Positions 53,476-64,000 of a stretch of 64,000 nt of DNA are shown here, piece after piece. The DNA comes from Haliotis rufescens. Taxonomy: Eukaryota. Every line of letters starts with the position of its first letter. Position 1 is the stretch's first letter. The position numbers and the translations under genes were made by a program. Under the pieces are notes generated by a model. The model was not told the DNA's origin, did no database searches, and saw nothing but the letters and a program-made list of their open reading frames with translations. The stretch covers positions 66,712,001 to 66,776,000 of the forward strand of contig NW_025964001.1 of the NCBI RefSeq assembly GCF_023055435.1, written 5' to 3'.

Positions 53476-53636
53476 GGGGCGGTCGGGTAGTCTAGTGGTT
53501 AAAGCGTTCGCTCGTCACGCCGAAGACCCGGGTTCGATTCCCGACATGGGTAATGCGTGAAGCCCATTTCTGGTGTCCCCCGCCGTGATATTGCTGGAAT
53601 ATTGCTAAAAGTGGCGTAAAACCATACTCACTCACT
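53476..53636 (+). mobile_element. SINE family C, full length
   Basis: Consensus match; approximate TSD TGTA(G/A)GCGGCAT. Confidence 0.92.
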
Positions 53637-53994
53637 GTAAGCGGCATTTATCTCTACAGATGCCTGCAGCTGAGAGTCGCACCCAGGGTGGAACTATTTC
53701 AATAGTGTTGTGAACAAATGCCTCTCCACTCGGGAGCTCCTTGCTGTGATATTTTCTTTGCTTGGAAATACATAGGCCTCAAGGGAATGTCTCGTGGCAC
53801 TTTTTTATTTCTCCAATATAATAGTACTAATATTTTTACAAATCGGTGGGTCGTTATGGATTACATTGGATAATTTATTAATCTGTCCACGTATAGATTC
53901 TCACAGAATTTGGCAGTTTTAACAATTTCGCAATCAATATTATCAATGAATTGATACAGTACGAAGTAAATGTGTGTGGATAACATTTAGAAAA

Positions 53995-54795
53995 TGTGCA
54001 CAGTAATAGTTAATAACGTGGACAGTGTGTTTCTACTATATTGACAGAATCTTTCTCCCATGTTGACAGTGTGTTTACTTTGTTGACAGAATCTTTCTAC
54101 CATGTTGAGAGTGTGTTTCTACTATGTTGACAGAATCTTTCGACCATGTTGAGAGTGTGTTTCTACTATGTTGACAGAATCCTTCGACCATGTTTGCGGT
54201 GTGTTTCTACTATGTAGACAGTATGTTTTTATTATGTTGACAGTATGTCTCTACTATGTTGAAAGAATGTGTCTACTAGGTTGACGGAATGTATCTACTA
54301 TGTTAACGGAATGTTTCTACTATGTTAACGGAATGTATCTACTATGTTGACGGAATGTATCTACTATGTTGACGGAATGTATCTACTATGTAGACAGAAT
54401 GTTTCTACTATGTTGACAGAATTTTTCTATCATGTTGACAGTGTGTTTCTACTATGTTGACAGTATGTTCTACTATGTTGACAGAATGTTTCTAGTGTGT
54501 TGACAGAATGTTTCTACTATGTTGACAGTGTGTTTCTACTATGTTGACAGTATGTTCTACTATGTTGACAGAATGTTTCTAGTGTGTTGACAGAATGTTT
54601 CTACTATGTTGACAGAATGTTTCTAGTGTGTTGACAGAATGTTTCTACTATGTAGACAGAATGTTTCTACTATGTTGACAGAATGTTTCTACTATGTTGA
54701 CAGAATGTTTCTACTATGTAGACAGAATCTTTCTACTATGTTGACAGAATGTTTCTACTATGTTGACAGAATGTGTCTACTATCTGGACAGTATA
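53995..54795. repeat. Minisatellite, 22 bp unit CTACTATGTTGACAGAATGTTT
   Basis: Direct tandem repetition. Confidence 0.95.
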
Positions 54796-56612
54796 TTTCT
54801 GTTATTTCTACTACTCAACACACAAGCGGATGCACACTGAAATACCGTCAAACCTCACAGCAGCGTTCTCTGACATCATCCGGATTGGAAAGTTGCCGTT
54901 GTTACGAATCCTACGTATGTCGCTTCAGTTACTATGTTCCTAACAGTACTGGGCCTAAAGGCGGGTTGCCCGAATCCACGGGGTCCAAACTACCGAGGTT
55001 TAACTGCATGAAAATGGCTGAATACTATACCCAAAAAACATATTATCATGTTAATAATCTAAAAGGTTGATCTGAGGTGACAATAATTAACCGACGAATG
55101 TTCTGATGTAGCTAACATGGTTGTCAGCCGTGGTCGTGTTTTATCAGGAATAATGGCTGATTAAGGTCTATAACCACGTTTAGCTCCCGCCATCAAGCGG
55201 CCTGAATGACCCTGCACGATGACCGGGATTTGCTTCTAAGCCTATTCCCTTTCAAGGCAGATATTAAGATTATCGGACAAATCTGCAAGAACCCAACGCC
55301 TTGGGGTCTCTACAATGGATTACTTTGAAGTGCGCTTTTAGGATCATTGTCGAGTCTGGCACGTATTTCATTAAATGTGTTCCCATAGAGAGCACCTTGA
55401 TTTAATGTGATCGATCAAGGTTAATGTTGGTCGTGTTTTTCTTTTATCAGATATGTCGCTGGGGCAGATGATTGGTTTTTTTACCCCTTGATTTATTAAC
55501 AATATCTTCCAAAACAACATTTGAACGAATCACTACAAAAGATAGGTGCGGATATTGCATGGCTATACAATGGGTATTCCATGCTCCGATTGTTCTGAGA
55601 ACACAACACGAATTAACAACTGCGTTTAATTTATGACCGTACACCTTTAATGCTGTACACATTTTACAGAAGTGTACCTATTACGAATAACAATAATTCA
55701 CCGCCCGGCAACACATGAGGGTGTACATTACCTATGGCCAAAGACCCCCCTCGTAAAACTATCTATTACCAAATCATTGTCTTCGCTTATCTACGCTGTC
55801 ATAAGATTTAAGCCTGACTGACTCCCCAAGGTCGTGTTACAGTGTTATGGTTTTCACGCATACCAAACTCCTTTACATATAGCCTATTAATCAAAGTAGT
55901 ATTTTTCTTTCATTTTTCATCAAAACATCCGGGTTCTATAACAATGGAGGTATTGATACACAATTAAACCCGTTAATACAGATGTGTCGTTCGTCCGGAT
56001 TAACGAATCATGGTCCAGGTGTTAGGCTCAGCTCTGTTAGGCCGAAAGCGGATATAGCGATATATCCGCTGTGTCGTATACAGTGGTAGTCCGAGTGTAC
56101 AGACTTATACCATTCATGTGAATAACGAATAGAGAATAAAACACTTGACCTAAAAGTTCCCATGGAGACTGTAACGCTTCTCGTTGTTGTTTTTTTCTTG
56201 TTGCTATAACGCACCCTCTCCTGAATATATTTCCTGATCAATCCACGAGTTGATATATTTAAAAGAACGTGACTCTTTTTTTAAACAGAAAATATTTTCA
56301 GTAAGTGCTTTAATACCTACAATTTCAAGGAGAGTGAAACACATATTTTTTATCACCACGACACCCAGAATATTCAGGAAGTGAACAACGATGTTTTTGG
56401 TAAACCCGAGGACAAATTATTTCAGGAAATATATTTTTAAATGGATGGCCTCTTATTTAATTATACTTAATTAACTCAAATTATCACTTCCAGCTGGTGA
56501 GTCACTTATTGTTATCACTATTCCCACACAGTGATATATATTTGATTATAGAAAACGGGTTGAACTAATTCGTTTTTCAGTTTAAGGTGTATTATATTCA
56601 GTATAACCGTAC

Positions 56613-57430
56613 TTCAGGTTTGTGTGTTCAGGTCTGTTTGTTCAGGTCTGTGTTCAGGGCTGTGTGTTTAGGTCTGTGTGTTCAGGTCTGTGTGTCGAGA
56701 TTTGTGTTTTTAGGTCTGTGTTAAGGTCTGTGTGTTCAGGTATGTGTGCTCAGGTCTTTGTGTTCAGGTCTGTGTGTCCAAATTTGTGTGTTCAGGTCAT
56801 TGTGTTTAGGTCTGTGTTCAGGACTGTGTGTTCAGGTCTGTGTTTTCAGGTCTGTGTTCAGGTCTGTGTTCAGGTCTGTGTTCAGGACTGTGTGTTCAGG
56901 TCTGTGTTCAGGTCTGTGTTCAGGGCTGTGTGTTCAGGTCTGTGTTCAGGTCTTTGTGTTTAGGTCTGTGTTCAGGTCTGTGTGTTCAGGTCTGTGTGTT
57001 CAGGTCTGTGTGTTCAGGTCTGTGTGTTCAGGTCCGTGAGTTCAGGTCTGTGTGTTTAGGTCTGTGTGTTTAGGTCTGTGTGTTCAGGTCTGTGTGTTTA
57101 GGTCTGTGTGTTCAGGTCCGTGAGTTCAGGTCTGTGTGTTTAGGTCTGTATGTTCAGGTCTGTGTTCAGGTCTGTGTGTTCAGGTCTGTGTTCAGGTCTG
57201 TGTGTTCAGGTCTGTGTTCAGGTCTGTGTGTTCAGGTCTGTGTTCAGGTCTGTGTGTTCAGGTCTGTGTTCAGGTCTGTGTGTTCAGGTCTGTGTTCAGG
57301 TCTGTGTGTTCAGGGCTGTGTTCAGGTCTGTGTTCAGGTCTGTGTGTTCAGGTCTGTGTTCAGGTCTGTGTGTTCAGGTCTGTGTTCAGAGCTGTGTGTT
57401 CAGGTCTGTGTGATCAGGGCTGTGTGTTCG
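56613..57430. repeat. Minisatellite, 12/14 bp unit (GT)GTGTTCAGGTCT
   Basis: Direct tandem repetition. Confidence 0.95.
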
Positions 57431-58048
57431 GGTTAGCAGAGCAGCAATGCTCAGAACAAAGTCACAACGTACTTACAAATATAAATCGTTTTTTCTTTTG
57501 ATATTGAACAATGTCATTTCACACGTAAGACTGCAGTAAATCTAAATCTAAATTGACCGCTTTCTCCGCCAGTGGGAACAACACGGCTGTTTGGGACTCT
57601 GGATACAGGAGTACATGTAGTTACTGGCTTTAAACAGTGCGGCCGTTTTAAATTGAAAAAAAAACAAAGAGAGATTAGTTTTAAAAAATATATTGAGCCG
57701 GTGAACAAACAATTATCTAAAACGTGGCAAACGGATCAATAATAGTGCAGTAAAATGCCTGAAAAGACGTCACACCCTCATGCTTTATAATCATTAATTT
57801 ATGTAATTCATGAAATATCTCTGGCATGAACATTCTTATCATCCTATTATTTTTATAAGAGTGGTGATAGCAACCTGTAGCTAGGGTTACCAACCAAATG
57901 ACGAACCATTTATCGTCTAGTAGTTACTACTTGTAGTTAGTCGTATATACTGTCTGGTCATTGTTGATTTGTTGAATATATTATATCATATAAGAATTAT
58001 TATTATTATTATTTATAAACTACAGTATACACGTGCTACCACTATACA

Positions 58049-58378
58049 TCCCCGGCCGCGTCATACCAAAAGACGTTAAAAGATGGTACTTGTTGTTACC
58101 CTGTCTCGGCATTAAGGGGCTAAAACAAGGACTGGTCGGCTCAGAGTCAGTATACTGTGTCTGAGTGGGGTATTCATGTTAAACCGCAGCATGCTATCTC
58201 AGTGTGCTAGCACTATTAAATCGGNNNNNNNNNNNNNNNNNNNNNNNNNNNNNNNNNNNNNNNNNNNNNNNNNNNNNNNNNNNNNNNNNNNNNNNNNNNN
58301 NNNNNNNNNNNNNNNNNNNNNNNNNNNNNNNNNNNNNNNNNNNNNNNNNNNNNNNNNNNNNNNNNNNNNNNNACACAC
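58049..58378 (+). mobile_element. SINE family D, partial, spanning gap
   Basis: CCCGGCCGCGTCATACCAAAAGACG... match. Confidence 0.85.
58225..58372. other. Assembly gap
   Basis: N run. Confidence 1.
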
Positions 58379-58398
58379 ATGGTGTTCAATGATATCAG

Positions 58399-58742
58399 GA
58401 GGACACGGGTGGGCCAGTCGTCTAAGGTGCCGCATTTCGCTGTGTACATTTGCATCCCCTACGCGCACCAGAAACTATTATAGTGGGTTCGAATCCCATA
58501 TTCGTCCTGATTACGCTTCTCGGTTTATCATAACCATAAACGCGCTAAGAGGGGACTAAGTGGATTGTGTGGCCAGGCTCGCTGACTTGGTTGATGCATG
58601 TCATCGTAACCCTTATGCGAAGGTCAATGCTCATGATGTCAATCACTGGGTTGTCTGGTCCAGACTCGATTATTAACAGATCGCCGTCATATAGCTGGAA
58701 TATTGCTGAATGTGTCGTTCAGGTTCAGACAACAAACAAAAC
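58399..58742 (+). mobile_element. Diverged SINE A head (58399-58520) followed by SINE B body and tail (~58540-58742)
   Basis: GGACACGGGTGGGCCAGTCGTCTAAGG...GGGTTCGAATCCC, then TAAGAGGGGACTAA...GCTGGAATATTGCTGAA. Confidence 0.75.
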
Positions 58743-58932
58743 ACGAACTCGTGGGGTTAGCCAAAGTAAAGAACGTCTGAGATCTGTATCAATTCAGGCT
58801 TACCTCTCTTTCAAGCGTTATCACCCTTAGAAACCAGGTTTAGATAATAAATCCCACAATATCACGAACTTCACGAAACAAAGCATTCAGCACAGGTACG
58901 TGACTGACACCATATTCTACTGAAAATAATTA

Positions 58933-59107
58933 CAGTAAACTACGGTTATAACGAACACGCTTATAACGAACTGGTGGATATAACGAACTGGTTTTTAGGT
59001 CCCTGCCATTTGCTGTATCTCTGCTGTATATATGCTTATAACGAATTACGGTTATAACGAACTAGAATTTGTGGTCCCTTTGAGTTCGCTATATCCGTAG
59101 TTTAGTG
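58933..59107 (-). mobile_element. pogo/Tigger-type MITE, copy 5
   Basis: TA|CAGTAAACTACGG...CGTAGTTTAGTG|TA. Confidence 0.88.
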
Positions 59108-59977
59108 TAGAGGTTCTCGAATTTCAATTCCCCAGTTATACAGGGATGACCAGATGACAAAAACTAAAGCTACGATCCGGTAGTTCAGAGACATACATTT
59201 CCATTCAGCCATCGATCCGGGGACATTGCAGTTCAAGAAAAACAGACATGTCAAAACACACGCTTGAATCGTACGTAATCAAATACGATCATTTATCAAC
59301 AACCAGTATATCACAGTCCATGCATATCACAGATAAATTCACTATGTCACATTTTGCCGAGGTCAATGGACATTTGAATAAATACAAATCATCAATACGT
59401 GTAGCAAGTCAAATATTTGTTATTATTTGTAAGACATCAAGGTGATTAAACATGTATTTACTGAGTGTGGTATATGTACATACTAGATCTGTGACAAATA
59501 ACACATGTCCTTGGTAATATTCGTCATAAAACTCACAGAATAACAGCAAAATTTAACAAAATATCGTGTAGCGGCCGAGAACGGTTTCCACGGCAAGGAC
59601 AAGGCCCGATAAGGATCCCTTACAATCCATAAGGCCTGCTTTATTTAAGAAAGGCCCAACACGTTTACAAGTCTTTATGAAATTGCCAGATGTGTTCACA
59701 TAAATGAACAAAAACTGTTCTTTTTAACACTTACTCAATTGCACTTAAAATATAGACGTAATGGAAGAATCTATTAAAAGGCTGATTTATCCGTTCTAGG
59801 ATGGATTAAATATTTATTAATACGCTGTATGTGAAGATAAGGCTTTGAACTTCTCGAGAGAAAGGCATAAATAGTGAAGTTTATATGGTAAAAATATCCT
59901 GTCAGTAAATTATTTGCTCCTTGTTACAAATCGGCCTTTTTAGTTCATTATTAGCCATACCTTTTCTATATCCTGCC

Positions 59978-60053
59978 TCTGGTGTCCCCCGCCGTGATAT
60001 TGCTGGAATATTGCTAAAAGCGGCGTAAAACCATACTCACTCACTCACTCACT
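59978..60053 (+). mobile_element. SINE family C, 3' tail only
   Basis: TCTGGTGTCCCCCGCCGTGATATTG...(ACTC)n. Confidence 0.88.
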
Positions 60054-60532
60054 CTTTATCCTGCCATTGGTCCGAACAATCAAGTGTAATTTTTTTTGAA
60101 TATGTCCGATACGTTTTCTGTACTTTTAGATGTTGACGTTTCCATTGGACCGATATGGTCCTTTTCATCATAACTCGTCCAGTCCTGCTCTGGATAGACT
60201 AGTAGTAAGACATAGTATTTGGTATCTTCTGGGTATGTCTGGGATGTACAGGGGATTAACGTGGACACAACACTGATTGTGGTTCTTCATCACACGTGTT
60301 TACAGGGGAATCTCAATACCACAAAATTATTCGGCGTCGTGGTCAAGCCGATCAACAGTCAGTGTCGAGGTCCTGCTGATCAACATGTGGTCCTGAGAAT
60401 ATGAAGACACTGCATTTGTTGGGGTCTCGTTGAAAATCCGATTTTGAGAACGTTAGATCGTATTGATCGTTCGGGCTCATAATGGTAAAATGGCGTCTCT
60501 GAAAGTGTTCAGATTATTACATATTGCAATGA

Positions 60533-60722
60533 AACCTCGAACACCTTGAACACCTCGAACACCCTGGACACCTTGGACACCTTGGACTCCTCGAACACCT
60601 TGGACTCCTCGAACACCCTGGACACCTTGGACTCCTCGAACACCTTGAACACCCTGGACACCTTGGACTCCTCGAACACCTTGGACTCCTCGAACACCTT
60701 GAACACCTCGAACTCCTTGAAC
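60533..60722. repeat. 9/18 bp tandem repeat CCTTGGACT-CCTCGAACA
   Basis: Direct. Confidence 0.9.
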
Positions 60723-61051
60723 TAGAAATATCATTTGGGACGATGTAACATTATAGACTCTGTAACTCTTTATCAACGATACGGTCCAATAACGGCACTT
60801 CGCTTGTCTCGCACTACTGATAAGTCGAGTGTTACATACTCACAAGGGCTTGAGTCAACGAAGTTCCCAGTCTCACTTATGCATTTCAATCAGCAGTAAG
60901 TTTGAGTGAAATATTACAGTTTAGAATTCATTATCTGTCATTTAAAGACAATGTTGGGGTTAAAGTAAATGTCAGTGCTATGCCTATAACCAATGACATA
61001 TAGTCACATTGGTGTCAGTGAATAAAGTACTAGATGATCACAGTGTTGTAA

Positions 61052-62416
61052 TTATACCATGGCCTCTTTGCCATAGCATAGGATATCTCTGTCTGGCACT
61101 GTCTTCTTCAGCGAAGCCTCCAGTGGGGGTAGCTTCATCACAGCAACAGGTTGAGTTCGGTCTGATATCATGTTCAAGGGTGTTCTCCCGGAGGACTTGG
61201 ACATCTCTCCATATTTCCGAGTCTTCTTAGATCCAGAGATCGGCCTCCGGATACCTCCTAGAGAAGTCTCTCCGGAAGATGCTTGTAACGGCGCTGGACG
61301 CCGAAGACCACCAAGTGCCTGGGACGACTCTGTCTGGTTCTGTAAAGGGTGGCTATCAACAGACAGGATGTTTCTAGAAGGTCGTGAAGCCCTATCTGCA
61401 TATTTACCCCTCTCTGTGAAAGATGTAGACCGTCCAACAGACCTGCTTTGAATAGCACGGCCTTGGTCATAGGATAGAGAGGGTGATCTGTCCTGGGCGC
61501 CCTGTTCAACCGGAGATATTTTCCTGGAAGAGAGTCGTGGTGTTAGGTTCGAGGGAGAAGGGGCGTGAGTATGTTCCGATTTAACACTGTCTCTCCTCTC
61601 GAGGGACTCACCGAACCCGTGGACTCCCGTTCTTCGGAAAAGAGGATCGACCTTGACATTTGAAATCCTCTTCCGTTGTCTGTTCACTTCGGCGTCGTCT
61701 GTCCGCGGAGACAGTGGGATGTGAATGCTTGTTTCGGGCACAAGGGGTCGTCTGCTTCGAGCAGAAAAAGACACTATGCTTGATTTGGGACGAGATGATT
61801 TCACAGATGCTACATCGAAATCAGTGGCCTGTTTCATATCACAAGAATTATCATCCACATTACCTCTCACATAGCTCCTAACATTCATAGATTTATGTCG
61901 AGTGATTTTAGATTTCGGGGTGTTTTCCTCGCAACGCATTATGCTATCCCCGAAATCAGAGTCACTAGAAATGTCGGAACATTGCTCCTCCCTATGAAAT
62001 CCAATCGATGTCTTGGATCGACCACTTTTTTGCTTTCTCAAAGTCTTTTTCGCCGGTTTGACATCAAGTTCCGTCACCGAGGATGCGTCACTTCCGGCAA
62101 TACTCCAGTTATCACTGTCGTCCCCGTCGTCGCCCTTCGCGGTATCATTCAGGTCGAACTCCTTAAATTTAGAATTCAGTGCCTCTTGATCCTTCAAAAG
62201 TCGAAGAATTTGTTCGGCCTTGCTTCGCCGATACCCTTTGCTCAGCCTCAACAGAATGGAGTCTGATTTAGGGGCACCGTTGGCTTCACCGTCCAACCTA
62301 CGTTCCTCTCTTATAGTTTCCATAGCTTTGTTCATATATTTTCTTTTCACCGACTTCAAGAAGATATTAATCCTTTGAGGACATTCGGGGTGGAAATCAA
62401 TTACAGCTTGAAAGTA
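61052..62416 (-). CDS. Terminal coding exon (454 aa) of an uncharacterised Ser/Arg/Asp-rich protein
   Basis: Long non-repetitive ORF; acceptor TTTTCGTGATTGTAG at 62417 gives phase-0 YFQAVIDFHPECPQRINIF in frame with the listed ORF. Confidence 0.82.
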   Translation of the reverse strand, partial: YFQAVIDFHPECPQRINIFLKSVKRKYMNKAMETIREERRLDGEANGAPKSDSILLRLSKGYRRSKAEQILRLLKDQEALNSKFKEFDLNDTAKGDDGDDSDNWSIAGSDASSVTELDVKPAKKTLRKQKSGRSKTSIGFHREEQCSDISSDSDFGDSIMRCEENTPKSKITRHKSMNVRSYVRGNVDDNSCDMKQATDFDVASVKSSRPKSSIVSFSARSRRPLVPETSIHIPLSPRTDDAEVNRQRKRISNVKVDPLFRRTGVHGFGESLERRDSVKSEHTHAPSPSNLTPRLSSRKISPVEQGAQDRSPSLSYDQGRAIQSRSVGRSTSFTERGKYADRASRPSRNILSVDSHPLQNQTESSQALGGLRRPAPLQASSGETSLGGIRRPISGSKKTRKYGEMSKSSGRTPLNMISDRTQPVAVMKLPPLEASLKKTVPDRDILCYGKEAMV

Positions 62417-62485
62417 CTACAATCACGAAAATTCACATTGTCAGAACAAGCACAATTCCGTGCTAGATGTGATCAGAGTACTCAC

Positions 62486-62557
62486 CCAAATCATGTGTGT
62501 TAATCCTTGAGTCGAGTAAATCGTTTTCTTGGCACAGGTCTCAGGCATATCAAACAT
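62486..62557 (-). CDS. Probable first coding exon (MFDMPETCAKKTIYSTQGLTHMIW) of the same gene
   Basis: Donor TGG|GTGAGT at 62485, 69-nt intron, phase 0 compatible; upstream in-frame stop. Confidence 0.5.
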
Positions 62558-62652
62558 AATACACGTCAGGTGCTCATAGAATTATTCACAGCTCATATAA
62601 CCAAAGCTGGTCGTAGAACTGGCAAAAGCACAATTCATCAGTTAATCCAAGC

Positions 62653-62660
62653 TGACGTCA
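62653..62660. promoter_or_regulatory. Palindromic CRE TGACGTCA ~100 bp upstream of predicted ATG
   Basis: Exact motif; function untested. Confidence 0.3.
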
Positions 62661-63895
62661 CTGGCAGGGATGGATAATTCATTCCTCATATCACAAAATA
62701 TGCATACATATATCGTCGCACTAAAACACCGTCAAAAAGTAACACTGAAGCTCCCACAATCCACTTCACCAACTGTCGTCTGCTCTCACTCATTAAAACG
62801 GGATCTTCTTGTCGTTTGCAGGATAGTCCAAATCACGTTTCCCGTGTCTCACAAATTAAAAATCACCCATCGTACGACCTGTTCGTTGCCGGATAGGCGT
62901 TCATATTCATCTAAACACCACACACAGACACACGTTCTCTCTCCACACAAAATTCGCCCGGGCCAGTGTTATGGGCCGTTGCATGTAGTGGATTGTACGT
63001 TGCGTGAATGGGTCGCTATGGCGTGTAAGGTACACATAGCTAATCTATAGCTTTGCTTGTCGTCAGGTACTTGCCTATGGGCCTATATGCAACTGTCGGT
63101 GCCAGATTAACAGCGTCAGGCGGCTATACAATGCTAAGCGCTGTAAGCTCCAAGCCCACTAATATTACGACTAAGACTTACGGGAGTTATTGGCCGGCTC
63201 TGGTGCATACAATGCCCCGATTGCCGAGATAGAAATAAATCAGTTTTCATCAGCGAGAGGCAATCTGGACAAAAGCATGTTTCTTAGATTTAACCCTATT
63301 AGCTCTAGACGCAAATTAACTCTTGTTATCAACTCTCCGTGTAATGTTCTATAATAACTACTTTCTATAATTAAGGTTTGTGTATTTTAGGTATTTTGAA
63401 TATTCTGTAGATTTTTCTCTATTTGTTTTTCTGACTGTAAGTTTATGAACGGAATCAGTTAATGATTTATGTCCGAAAGGAAAATTAAGCTCAGGTCAGC
63501 GGGCAGTCCCGTGCACATCGGATTGAAGTCAGTAAAACCCGCTTTGTGTGTTTGAAAACCCAAACTGTACTGCGTGTATATATTGAGCAATGATACGTTA
63601 ATTACATACAGGTGATGTGTCAGTTTAATATCACTAATTACAGCATCGCCACCAACCCCGAAAATGGGCAACAAATCGAGATGCATAGTCCTCCTTTCAG
63701 AGATTTCACTATGGATATGTCAAGTTTCTTACATTATTTGTATTAATTTCTTGTAATGTCATAATAAACTATAGTGCGAATATTGGAAATAGAAATTAAA
63801 CATGCGCCACGTTACTGAACTACACTTTCGTGGTCTTTTAACCTCTTCACCCGATAGTTGTGACATGGCTCCCAGGTCATACAAAAGGAATATAT

Positions 63896-64000
63896 GGGGG
63901 GGGGGGGGGGGGGGGGTGTGTTGTAAGGGTGTTGGAGGTTAGGGTGTTGGGGAGTTAGGGTGTGGAGTGTTAGGGTGTGGATGTGTTAAAGTGTTGAGGA
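63896..64000. repeat. Poly-G followed by degenerate TTAGGG-containing repeat
   Basis: G run then three TTAGGG within ~15-bp units; truncated by window edge. Confidence 0.8.

Noticed and set aside
53476-53550. Functional tRNA-Asp gene
   Set aside because: Acceptor stem not intact; followed by SINE body and tail, with TSDs
56622-57501. Cys/Val-rich ORFs
   Set aside because: 12/14-bp minisatellite artefact
60477-60776. Collagen-like Gly-X-Y ORF (GVQGVR)
   Set aside because: Produced by a 9-bp repeat; no proline, no signal peptide, no evident splice context; lies in the likely 3' UTR of the 61-kb gene
61170-62266. Plus-strand ORFs overlapping the 61-kb gene
   Set aside because: Antisense shadows of the real coding exon
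63896-64000. Telomere
   Set aside because: Only three interrupted TTAGGG units

Overview
Eukaryotic, repeat-rich genomic DNA with two N-gaps. The SINE families with (ACTC)n/(AAAC)n tails suggest a mollusc, probably a gastropod such as abalone; this is recalled, not verified. About a quarter of the window is tandem arrays (23, 24-26, 29, 40, 24, 21, 22, 22 and 12-14 bp units), and these explain all the long repetitive ORFs. Interspersed repeats: four SINE families sharing a 3' stem-loop tail (A, tRNA-Leu-like; B, no tRNA head; C, tRNA-Asp-derived; D, tRNA-like), a pogo/Tigger-type MITE (5 copies), a non-autonomous AcademH-like element with a RecQ remnant, remnants of Tc1, RTE-type and R4-type elements, and an unclassified structured repeat. 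Two credible host genes, both convergent and of unknown function, encode low-complexity proteins: 38416-39039 (+) and 62557-61052 (-, probably two exons). The most intriguing signal is SINE family B. It has no recognisable Pol III head, yet its copies start at nearly the same position with a conserved pseudoknotted fold, making it a candidate ribozyme- or structure-defined retroposon.
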